From Gemmatimonadota bacterium (GTDB lineage: Bacteria; Gemmatimonadota; Gemmatimonadetes; Gemmatimonadales; GWC2-71-9), in contig JAZDCY010000014.1 in the NCBI GenBank assembly GCA_036679645.1, positions 224,001-288,000 on the forward strand: 64,000 bases of DNA. The letters run 5' to 3'. Of this stretch, positions 9,690 to 18,404 are shown piece after piece (the first letter of the stretch is position 1; every line of letters begins with the position of its first letter). The translations under genes were made by a program, and so were the position numbers. The notes under the pieces were generated by a model that saw nothing but the letters and a program-made list of their open reading frames with translations, searched no databases and had not been told where the DNA came from.

Positions 9690-11402
9690 GTGACACCTCA
9701 TCCGACGAGGACGCACTTGAGAACCGGCGGGCTGGGCAGCATCACACTCATCGTCACCGCACTAGCACTTGGGTGCGGGGGTGGCACGCGCAACGCGCAA
9801 ACAACCCCGCAACCACGGGCTGCTCCGCCGAGGCTGGCCGTCGTACTGGTAGTGGACCAGATGCGGGCGGACTACCTCGACCGCTTCGCCGACCAGTTCA
9901 CGGGAGGCCTGAACTGGCTTCGGAGTGAGGGCGCCCGCTTCAGCAACGCCCACCAGGACCACGCGCGTACCGAGACCGCCCCCGGACACGCCACCCTGTC
10001 CACCGGCCTGTTCCCCTCTCACCACGGCATCGTGGGGAACTCCTTCTACCAGCGATCGACCCAGACCCGCGAGTACTCGGCTGGTGACAGTACCTCACCG
10101 CTCATCGGGTTCCCGGACGAAGCAGGAAGGTCTCCAGCGCCACTCCTCACCACCACCATCGGCGACTGGCTGAAGGAGGTCTCCCCGGCCTCGAAGACCT
10201 ACTCGGTCGCCATCAAGGACCGCTCAGCCATCCTGATGGGCGGCAAACGGCCTGACGGGGTCTACTGGTACCACAGCAACACCGGCCGCTGGATCACGTC
10301 GACGTACTACCGCGCCGCATACCCCGCGTGGGTTGAGACATTCAACAACGCGCAGCACGCTGCCGCCTATTTCGGGCGGGAGTGGACCTTGTGTTGCGAG
10401 GAAGATGCGTACGCAAGATCTCGGGAAGATGCGTTTCCCGCGGAAGCCGACGGCACTCACACCACCTTCCCGCACCTGATGGGACAAACAAATGGAGAGC
10501 CAGGTCGGCGGTTCTTCACCGCTCTCCCTAATTCACCGTTTGGCACCGAGCTCACGCTGGCGTTTGCTCGGCAGCTGATCGCCAATGAGGGCCTAGGGAC
10601 CGATTCAATTCCCGACATCGTGTTCCTCGGCGTTTCATCCGCCGACTACGTAGGTCACGCATATGGCCCGTTCAGTAGAGAAGTGCAGGACTACTACCTG
10701 CGCCTCGACCGCTATCTCGGCGAGTTCTTTTCGTACCTCGACGCACACATCGGCGCAGGCCGGTACGTCGTTGTCCTGAGCGCCGACCACGGAGTGGCCG
10801 TCATGCCGGAGGAACTGACTCGGCGCGGTGTCGAGGCGGGACGGTTTGATCCAGGGCCACTCGTGCAAGAGATCAGGCAGCTGGGCCGATCAGCCGCAGA
10901 AGCAGGCGAGCTGCCCACCGCACCCGAACTCGTATTCAATGGAGGTATAGCGCTCCGCTTTCCAGATCGGCCGCCTACATCCGATCAGTTGACTGCGTTT
11001 CGCAGCCGCCTCGCGGATCTGCTTTTGTCCAAACCACACATTGACCAAGCGTACACCTACGAGGAACTCCTCCAGGGTGCCGGCGCCGGCCTAATTTTCG
11101 ATCGCCATCTGCGGAGCTTTTACCCCGACCGCTCGGCCGATGTCGTGCTCAATCTGACTGAGAACTATCTGACTGGGACCACTCCGCGCCGAACGACACA
11201 CGGCTCACCCTGGGACTACGACACACACGTTCCGCTGGTGTTCGCGGGGCCGGGCACGGTGCCCGGAGAACACCTCGAGTACACACGCACCGTTGACATG
11301 GCCCCGACGCTGGCTCGCCTGTTGGGCATCACGCCGCCGGACGATCTGGACGGCCGGGCGCTCCCTGTCGGTCAGTCGTTGCCACCCATCGACAGGAAAT
11401 AG
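9690..11402 (+). CDS. Alkaline phosphatase family (PafA-like) lipoprotein
   Basis: VVDQMRADYL, TETAPGHAT (Thr nucleophile), KDRSAIL, DYVGHAYGP, SADHG, THGSPWDYDTHVPL; lipobox ALGC. Confidence 0.9.
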   Translation: MTPHPTRTHLRTGGLGSITLIVTALALGCGGGTRNAQTTPQPRAAPPRLAVVLVVDQMRADYLDRFADQFTGGLNWLRSEGARFSNAHQDHARTETAPGHATLSTGLFPSHHGIVGNSFYQRSTQTREYSAGDSTSPLIGFPDEAGRSPAPLLTTTIGDWLKEVSPASKTYSVAIKDRSAILMGGKRPDGVYWYHSNTGRWITSTYYRAAYPAWVETFNNAQHAAAYFGREWTLCCEEDAYARSREDAFPAEADGTHTTFPHLMGQTNGEPGRRFFTALPNSPFGTELTLAFARQLIANEGLGTDSIPDIVFLGVSSADYVGHAYGPFSREVQDYYLRLDRYLGEFFSYLDAHIGAGRYVVVLSADHGVAVMPEELTRRGVEAGRFDPGPLVQEIRQLGRSAAEAGELPTAPELVFNGGIALRFPDRPPTSDQLTAFRSRLADLLLSKPHIDQAYTYEELLQGAGAGLIFDRHLRSFYPDRSADVVLNLTENYLTGTTPRRTTHGSPWDYDTHVPLVFAGPGTVPGEHLEYTRTVDMAPTLARLLGITPPDDLDGRALPVGQSLPPIDRK

Positions 11403-11444
11403 CGCGACGCGTGAGGGAGGCTCGCGCCGGCGGGCCCGGCTGTC

Positions 11445-12149
11445 TCACTTTTGCGTCCCCAACGGCACGAACCGCACCAAACTCAACCCGATCGCAAAAC
11501 ATATCGCAGCGTAGCCACCTACCCATGCAACGTGCCACCAATCGACGCCGGTCGCGGGAAACAACGGGTTATCCAGCAGATGGCCGGGAGGAAAGAGCAC
11601 AGTGAAGATCTTGCCCCTGATTGATTCGGCGGGCGGATACCAATTGCGTATCCCCGAACCCATAATAAACAGGAACAAGCCGATCAACCAGTCCAGCCGA
11701 ACCACTCGTGACAGCGCGAAGATGACCGACCCGAAAAGAACGAAACTGGCGATCATCTCGAGGAACAGTAGTCCCGGCCACGCGGGCTGAACCACCACGG
11801 CAAACAGGCCGACCATGATGAACTGCACCGCGAAGAACGTGATTGCGGCCGCGATGAATGCCTGCGTGTAGTAGAGTACCGGATTGATGGGCTTGGAAAA
11901 CAGAAAACGAAAATAGCCGCGCCTAACATCCTCCCCGATAATGCTGTACGTGGCCACCATGATCAGGAACGCCGATGTGCCCTGCAACGTGTTGCCCAAT
12001 AGCGCGCCGACATCGGCGTCTTCAGCAATAGGAACGGCCCCCAGCAACAGCGGCAGGCTCAGCATCACTGCGATGACCAACATGGCGGCGCCGCGGGTCA
12101 GGACGATGTCGCGGAGTTGACGCGGGAAGTACGCGAGGAGTGTGGTCAT
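11445..12149 (-). CDS. ABC transporter permease
   Basis: About 6 TM segments, D.RRGYFRFLFSKP motif; coupled to the ATPase gene by a TGATG overlap. Confidence 0.75.
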   Translation of the reverse strand: MTTLLAYFPRQLRDIVLTRGAAMLVIAVMLSLPLLLGAVPIAEDADVGALLGNTLQGTSAFLIMVATYSIIGEDVRRGYFRFLFSKPINPVLYYTQAFIAAAITFFAVQFIMVGLFAVVVQPAWPGLLFLEMIASFVLFGSVIFALSRVVRLDWLIGLFLFIMGSGIRNWYPPAESIRGKIFTVLFPPGHLLDNPLFPATGVDWWHVAWVGGYAAICFAIGLSLVRFVPLGTQK

Positions 12150-13063
12150 CACTCCTCCCCCAGGGCTTCCATGAACGCCGCCTCGAGCCGGCTCCGGGCC
12201 GGGAAGAACGCCTGCACCTGTCCACCCTCCGCCAAGAACCGAGCGAGCCCCGCATTCAAATCGGCGAGACCGCCGCGCACGTCGTACATCACCTGCCGGG
12301 CGTTCTCCACGCGTTCCGCCCCGGGGAACGCCGCCTGCAACGCATCGTGCTCGCCCTGCAACACCAACCGATAGTGCTGGATTTCCCCAGAGGGAGCGCG
12401 GTGTGTGCTCACCTGGCGGGATAGAGCGCCCTTGTCCAGGATCGCCACGTTGTCCGCGAGGCGCTCGAGTTCGTCGAGATTGTGCGAGGCGATGATGATG
12501 ATGCGGTCGTCGCGACGGAGGCCGACCACGATATCGCGAAATCGCTGGGTCCACAGGGGGTCGAGGCCGTGGGTGGGTTCGTCCAACACCACGAGGTCAC
12601 TGTCACTCAGCAGCGCCTGGGTCAGGCCGAGTCGCTGCAGGTTGCCCTTCGACAGTTGCTTGACCCGTTTGGATTTGTGTTCCTCCAGGCCCAGTCGTTC
12701 AATGGCCTCTCCTACTACGCGTGTCCTATCCCGCTCCTTGACCCCGGCCAGCACCGAATAGCGTTTGAGTGCTCCGGTGACGGTCCACCACGTGGGGATA
12801 GCGACGAGTTCGGAGAGATACGCGACGCCGTGTCGTTCGACGTGGTGGCGCGGCGTGTCTCCGTCGATACGAACCGTTCCGCGATTCGGCCGGAGAAACC
12901 CCAAGGCGAGCCCGATCATCGTCGTCTTGCCCGCGCCATTCGGTCCGGCAATGCCGAATACCTCACCGCGCTCGATCGTGAGCGTTAGATCCTTCAACGC
13001 TTCCGTCGTACGCGGCGGTATGAGGCTCTTGTATTCTTTGGAGACGCTCGTGAATTCGATCAA
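12149..13063 (-). CDS. ABC transporter ATP-binding protein
   Basis: Walker A GPNGAGKTT, signature LSKGNLQRL, Walker B VVLDEPT, H-loop SH. Confidence 0.93.
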   Translation of the reverse strand: MIEFTSVSKEYKSLIPPRTTEALKDLTLTIERGEVFGIAGPNGAGKTTMIGLALGFLRPNRGTVRIDGDTPRHHVERHGVAYLSELVAIPTWWTVTGALKRYSVLAGVKERDRTRVVGEAIERLGLEEHKSKRVKQLSKGNLQRLGLTQALLSDSDLVVLDEPTHGLDPLWTQRFRDIVVGLRRDDRIIIIASHNLDELERLADNVAILDKGALSRQVSTHRAPSGEIQHYRLVLQGEHDALQAAFPGAERVENARQVMYDVRGGLADLNAGLARFLAEGGQVQAFFPARSRLEAAFMEALGEE

Positions 13064-13216
13064 AGAGATGGGATCCGTATGGGGCTGCTGGTTTGCGCGT
13101 GACCATGCGCCACGCTGGGAAAACTTGGCCGCTCAGGGCCCAAATATGAGCCCGGGGCATGCGTAGTCAAGAAACGGGCAACCTACGACGCGCCGACCCG
13201 AACACTCCGCCGCAAC

Positions 13217-14000
13217 CTCATGGTGTGAACACATCGACAGCCGCTGTTTGTGCGAATCCGGCGCGGGGCGCCGCCTCCTATCATGAAGATCCGGCCACCC
13301 AGCCCAACCGCACCCAGTCCGTGTCGTGCCGTGGGCATCGCCTCGAGCGGACGCCAGGAGTTGGTCACGATATCGTAGGCCTCGTGCTCGTCGAACACGC
13401 GAGTCGAGGTCTCACCCCCATAGGCATAGATGACGCCGCCCAGCGCAGCCACCGCTAACCCGCCTCTCGCCGTCGGCAGCGGTGCGAGGCTGCGCCACGA
13501 GTCGGACGCGAGGTCGTAAACGTCCACCGAGTTCAGGTTACGGTCCGGGTCGAGCGGACGGCCGCCAACCGCGTAGAGCAAATCGCCCACGACGGCAGCA
13601 CCAAGATGATCGCGCCGCGTCGGGATCGGGGCACCGCGCGACCAGGAGTTGGTCGAGGGGTCGTAGATGGCAATCGAATCCACCTATCGCATACAGCGAG
13701 TCGTTGGCGACGACCAACGGCATGTGGTGCCTAGCATTAGGGAGCGGACCGATCCCGGTCCATGTGTCAGACGCGCGATCGTACCGGTACGCGACGCTAG
13801 TGGCAGCCCCGTTCGCGTTGATCCCACCAGCGACAACAATATCCCCCCGTAGCACTGCAGCGAAAAGCTCCTGCAACGGTTCAGGCAAAGACGCGGCGCC
13901 AGACCATGCGCCCGACGCATCTGTGTCGGTGGTGTCGCCGCATCCAGCCGCGAGAACGGCTGCGAACGCGAGACGTATTGGTAGGGTACGGTTCGTGATC
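13217..14000 (-). pseudogene. Kelch-repeat lipoprotein, disrupted
   Basis: Lipobox LAAGC and Kelch repeats (IVVAGG, LYAIGG, LYAVGG, IYAYGG) split across frames at ~13683. A second shift near 13265 restores GFAQTAAVDVFTP*. Confidence 0.75.
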
Positions 14001-14126
14001 GTCGCTTGACGGTTTGGAGGAGCGCGGAGCAAACCCGCATAGGTGTCTACAATCATCTACCCTGCGTGGCCGTCAGGTTCCTCGGCCGGGCTCGTCGAAG
14101 GCGAAGGTGGTGAGGCGCGACTCGCG

Positions 14127-15938
14127 TTACTTGATCGTCACGAGGGCATATCCCTCGATCGAGCGCAGCACGACGGTGCTGTCGGTGTCGGCACCGCGCA
14201 AACTCGAGAAGTACACGATGACGCGCGCCCGCTCGTCGTCGATCGCACTCCGCAGCACTGTCGGAGGCAACCCGCTACCATCCGCGTCCGAGTTGTCGCT
14301 CAGATATGCACGGGCGGCCTCGAGGGCCGGATCGACCGGAACCTCCGTGATCACCGCGCCCCTCATGCGGATCTGGATGACCCGGCGGTTGAACACCGTC
14401 CACGCAACGAGACCGGTGTCTGACTCGACGGTTCGCTGGCTCCGCAGGCGCACCGCGTACTCATAACCGCTCAAGGGCATCACCAGCCCGGTATGGTCGG
14501 CGACGTATTCGATTCTGCGGTTCGGTTCCCGCTGCCACCGGCTCACGTACTCGATGCCGAGGTAATCCCCGATCGCTTTGGCCTGCGCGGTGATGCGACG
14601 AGACTCCGGCGTATTCTCGACCACCGCCGCAATCGTCGACAGTGAGTCCCCAAACCAGGCATCGATCCCGCCCGTGCCGTGCGTCTCCAGGACATAGCGG
14701 AAGCCGGCGTTGATCTCGCGCGCCTGATCGAAGGTGACCGCCCGGTCGCTCGGTATCGCCCGGTCATTTGCGAATCGCTGGTTGGCTGTCAATAGAGCCT
14801 CGAGGCGGTTGGTCTGACTTCGTTCGGAAATGCTGTACGGTCCCCACGGACCCGCGAGCGTGAGAAAGGCGACGAGACAGAGCGAGGCGGGAATGGGTGT
14901 GATGTTTCGTGAGCGTGTCCGGGCGTAGTGAATCGCGATACCGGCGAGCCAGAACGAGAGCACGAGCAGGAAATAGCGTCGCTCCGTCACACCGTACTGC
15001 TCAATGCGCTGCCAGATCGCGAGCCAGAGCATCACGATGGCCGGGAGGAGCGTGATGTAAAACCACCTAGTGTAGGTAGCGACCCATCGGTTCGCGTGTT
15101 CCTCGGCGACGGGATACACGAGCAGCAACGCGAGTATGCCCACCGCCGCTACGCTCGAGACCAGCCATCCAATCCATCCGCTCGGCCAATCCCATGTGAC
15201 CAGCACCTTGGCCAAATACGCCATGAGAATCACGAGGTACGTGACGACAAGCGGAATCAACACGTATTGCGTGAACCTCTTGAGGCCTGGCGGATAGTCG
15301 TGTCGATCCTCGAGCGCGCTCAGGTCGTTCGGAATACCGGCAAGGAAGAACCACGTATTGAACAAGAATGCGGCGACGACCCAGAGCCGACCGTACGCCT
15401 CTCCCGGAATGTTCGCAGCGAAGAGTTGGCCGATCGCGGCCAGGGCGATTGCGAACCCGCCGTACAGGACCACGGTGTACAGCGCACCGGTGACAAAGCG
15501 TTCGAGTAGCAGGCGGTTGTACTGCCAGAATCCGTTTTGCTCGCGAAAACACAGAAACGGAAGAAATGACACCGACAGGTGAAAGGCGACGCTCATTTGG
15601 AAGTACCGCGCCACGCGTACCGGTTCGGACCAACCTGGCCACGACATATAGACGAGGGTGAGCGCCGCGACGCCGGTGAGAGCAACGAGTGCTCGCGTCG
15701 TCGCTCCGTGTCGCCGGCGCTCGCCATACAACTGCAACGCAATGAAGAGCGGGATCCCCAGGGAAGTCGCGACGAGAAGGCGACCGCGCAGTTCCGACGG
15801 CCCCACCTGGTCGATCGCCAGAATTCCCGCAACCACGGAAAGGAACCCGGCAGCCATGACGAGCGGAAAGCGTGTTGCGGTACGCCGGGCAGAGTCTATG
15901 ACCGGCCCTAGCGTGGGGAGCGAGGATGCGGTAGGCAT
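14127..15938 (-). CDS. DUF4153-type integral membrane protein
   Basis: Multiple TM helices; FWQYN; RIEQYGVTERRY; GPWGPYSISERSQ. Confidence 0.75.
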   Translation of the reverse strand: MPTASSLPTLGPVIDSARRTATRFPLVMAAGFLSVVAGILAIDQVGPSELRGRLLVATSLGIPLFIALQLYGERRRHGATTRALVALTGVAALTLVYMSWPGWSEPVRVARYFQMSVAFHLSVSFLPFLCFREQNGFWQYNRLLLERFVTGALYTVVLYGGFAIALAAIGQLFAANIPGEAYGRLWVVAAFLFNTWFFLAGIPNDLSALEDRHDYPPGLKRFTQYVLIPLVVTYLVILMAYLAKVLVTWDWPSGWIGWLVSSVAAVGILALLLVYPVAEEHANRWVATYTRWFYITLLPAIVMLWLAIWQRIEQYGVTERRYFLLVLSFWLAGIAIHYARTRSRNITPIPASLCLVAFLTLAGPWGPYSISERSQTNRLEALLTANQRFANDRAIPSDRAVTFDQAREINAGFRYVLETHGTGGIDAWFGDSLSTIAAVVENTPESRRITAQAKAIGDYLGIEYVSRWQREPNRRIEYVADHTGLVMPLSGYEYAVRLRSQRTVESDTGLVAWTVFNRRVIQIRMRGAVITEVPVDPALEAARAYLSDNSDADGSGLPPTVLRSAIDDERARVIVYFSSLRGADTDSTVVLRSIEGYALVTIK

Positions 15939-16152
15939 GTCGTGATTCGCTCACGTGTCGGATTCGCTGAAGATCCGCGTGGCGTCGCCGACGTCAAGTC
16001 TCGGTCGCCGAAGCAGCTCGCCAGACTGCCTCTGCGCGAGCCGACCCGAACGCGAGGGCAAGAGCCGGCAGGACTTGGATCATAAGCGCGCGCAGGTGTT
16101 CGCGGTCAGCGAACTCCTGCGCGCGCGTTGACAAGGGCCTAGCGGGCCTGGC

Positions 16153-16178
16153 AAAAACGCCGCGCATGAAGCGCGGCG
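16153..16178 (-). terminator. Intrinsic terminator after the tRNA pair
   Basis: CGCCGCGC-TTCAT-GCGCGGCG followed by TTTTT on the minus strand. Confidence 0.8.
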
Positions 16179-16184
16179 CTTTGA

Positions 16185-16257
16185 CAGGCCCGGCAGGACT
16201 TGAACCTGCAACCTCCGGTTTTGGAGACCGGCGCTCCGCCAGTTGAGCTACGGGCCT
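16185..16257 (-). tRNA. tRNA-Trp (CCA); CCA end not encoded
   Basis: AGGCCCGTAGCTCAACTGGCGGAGCGCCGGTCTCCAAAACCGGAGGTTGCAGGTTCAAGTCCTGCCGGGCCTG folds as a cloverleaf. Confidence 0.95.
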
Positions 16258-16393
16258 ATACAGACAGACGCCTAGACGCTCAGCGTCTTGCAAACCACAC
16301 TCCGCTACGCGCTGCCAACGACCCACCACTGCGCGTCTGAGCGTCTCCCCACTCCAGACTGACAACGGGGTGGTGGGTGGTGGGGCGGCACAG

Positions 16394-16468
16394 GGTGGCT
16401 GACGGGAATTGAACCCGCAACCTCCGGAGCCACAGTCCGGCGCTCTAACCGATTGAGCTACAGCCACC
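16394..16468 (-). tRNA. tRNA-His (GTG) with encoded G-1; CCA end not encoded
   Basis: GGTGGCTGTAGCTCAATCGGTTAGAGCGCCGGACTGTGGCTCCGGAGGTTGCGGGTTCAATTCCCGTCAGCCACC. Confidence 0.95.
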
Positions 16469-16521
16469 ACGACGACGTCCCACAATACGACTTGAAACGA
16501 TAAAGATAGCGGTTTCGAGGG

Positions 16522-17160
16522 TCAACCGGCGGGCACGCCGTTGAGCGCCGCCACCTCGCACACCCCCTGCACCGCATTGACGAGCACGAGCGGCTTCCCG
16601 ACGAGCGCGTCAGGCGTGCATCGCACCTCCTGCACGTCCAGCCCGGCGTCCGCAGCTACGTCCATCAACCGCGCCCGACCCACGCTCGGGAGGATGCCTA
16701 GGTCGAGGGCCGGAAGGCAGATCGCCTCGCCCTCGAACCACGCCAGCGCAAACCGCGGCGATTCCGCTACCCAGCCCTCTTCGGTGCACAGCAGTGGTTC
16801 GTCCGCCCCTTTCCTGCCGGCCTCCGCCGCGGCTCGCTCGAACATCGCCCGGTCGGTGGATTTGACCGGGTATCCGGTGTGTGGTTCCCGTACCAGGGCG
16901 AGCCGGATCGCTCCGTCCGCCGGAAGGTCCCGATCGTCCCACACAATCGCGCCGCCGTCCCACTGGATACGCACGACACGATCGGCGGGGGGGCGCAACC
17001 CATGGCCCTCGGCCTCCTCACGGATGTCGGGCGGAGGCGCCAGCAGATCGAGCCGGATACACGCGTCATGCAGCCGCGCCATGTGCCCGTCGAGCAGGGG
17101 GAGTGTCCCACGATACACCCGCATCATCTCGGTCAACCCGACCAACCCGGTTACCCTCAC
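16522..17160 (-). CDS. Aminotransferase class IV / PabC-like protein (short)
   Basis: H.ARL, VKST.R, EG.VAE, GILPSVGR, LVNAV fold-type IV PLP motifs. Confidence 0.7.
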   Translation of the reverse strand: MRVTGLVGLTEMMRVYRGTLPLLDGHMARLHDACIRLDLLAPPPDIREEAEGHGLRPPADRVVRIQWDGGAIVWDDRDLPADGAIRLALVREPHTGYPVKSTDRAMFERAAAEAGRKGADEPLLCTEEGWVAESPRFALAWFEGEAICLPALDLGILPSVGRARLMDVAADAGLDVQEVRCTPDALVGKPLVLVNAVQGVCEVAALNGVPAG

Positions 17161-17200
17161 GCCATCACGCCTTTCACGCCGAACCTCACCACCCAGTCCC

Positions 17201-17947
17201 TCACCGCGCCTGCGCCTGGTCGGCGACGGCTCGGGCCGCCGCCGCGGCCGCTTCCGGATCGCCCAGGTAGTAGTGACGAATGGGCTTCAACGCCTCGTCC
17301 AGTTCATAGACGAGCGGAATACCGGTGGGGATGTTGAGCCCGACGATCGCCTCGTCGGATACGTCGTCGAGGTATTTGACCAGCGCACGTATGCTGTTGC
17401 CGTGCGCGGCAATGAGCACGCGTCGCCCGGCCGCGACATCGGGGGCGATCGTCTCGTGCCAGTAGGGAAGAAACCGTTCGACCGTGTTGGCGAGTGATTC
17501 ACTGCACGGTAGCTCGTTTGGATCCACGTTGGCGTAGCGCCGATCCCGCGACGGATGGCGTTCGTCATCGAGCGCCAGCGGTGGTGGCGGCGTCGCGTAA
17601 CTGCGACGCCAGACCTGAACTTGCTCTTCCCCATGCTGCTCCGCCGTCTCCGCCTTATTCAGCCCCTGCAGCGCCCCGTAGTGCCGCTCGTTCAGGCGCC
17701 AGTGACGGTGCACCGGCAACCACATGAGATCCATTTCACCGAGCACGATCCAGAGCGTCTGTATGGCGCGCTTGAGTACGGACGTGTATGCCACGTCGAA
17801 CGTGTACCCTTCCTCGCGCAGCAGGCGAGCGCTCTCGAGCGCCTCGTTCACTCCCCGTTTGGTCAACCCGACATCTGTCCACCCCGTAAAACGGTTCTCG
17901 TGGTTCCAGGTGCTCTGACCGTGACGCAACAGCACGAGTTTGGGCAT
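17201..17947 (-). CDS. gpmA: 2,3-BPG-dependent phosphoglycerate mutase
   Basis: [42 protein letters not shown]. Confidence 0.97.
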   Translation of the reverse strand: MPKLVLLRHGQSTWNHENRFTGWTDVGLTKRGVNEALESARLLREEGYTFDVAYTSVLKRAIQTLWIVLGEMDLMWLPVHRHWRLNERHYGALQGLNKAETAEQHGEEQVQVWRRSYATPPPPLALDDERHPSRDRRYANVDPNELPCSESLANTVERFLPYWHETIAPDVAAGRRVLIAAHGNSIRALVKYLDDVSDEAIVGLNIPTGIPLVYELDEALKPIRHYYLGDPEAAAAAARAVADQAQAR

Positions 17948-18084
17948 GGCAATGACCGGATAGCGTGTTCGCGTTAAACCTACCGCCCGCGAGCGGACGC
18001 GGATAGCGCGGCCGGAAGTGTATGGCCCCGGTGCGGGACCATGAGTCTCGCCGATTAGCGCCAGCTAAGCCACCCGATGGCAAC

Positions 18085-18176
18085 GAGTTGACCAGACCGT
18101 ACCGCCAATTGACCGGCCGCACCCGAGAATTGACCTCGCCAACCGAGTAATTGACGGGTTGCACCATGCAATTGAT
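18085..18176. repeat. Degenerate 21-bp-period array with (AA)TTGAC core
   Basis: TTGAC/TTGAT cores at 18088, 18109, 18130, 18151 and 18172. Confidence 0.7.
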
Positions 18177-18404
18177 CTGGAATTGAGGTTTCGCGGGTTA
18201 ATTGGCCTCGTGCCTTTGCCGGAAGTCTCCCGAACCGCATCGGGGTGCGCGTTACGCTCCCGCGCCCCGACACGTTCACCAAGTACGATTGCAACCCCGA
18301 CGACCGTTGCCGCGTCTAACAGGTAGTTCGAAACTCACGCGACGCGGTACCGAATGGCGTTGCAACCTGTATCAGTCGTCTTGCTTCGAGAACTGGGATC
18401 ATCA

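Noticed and set aside
16185..16468. tRNAs as integration sites
   Set aside because: I saw no integrase or duplicated tRNA 3' end.
15994..16485. 163-aa ORF
   Set aside because: It overlaps two clear tRNA genes.
18085..18206. Possible CRISPR array
   Set aside because: The period is only 21 bp with a ~7-bp core, and there are no cas genes in the window.
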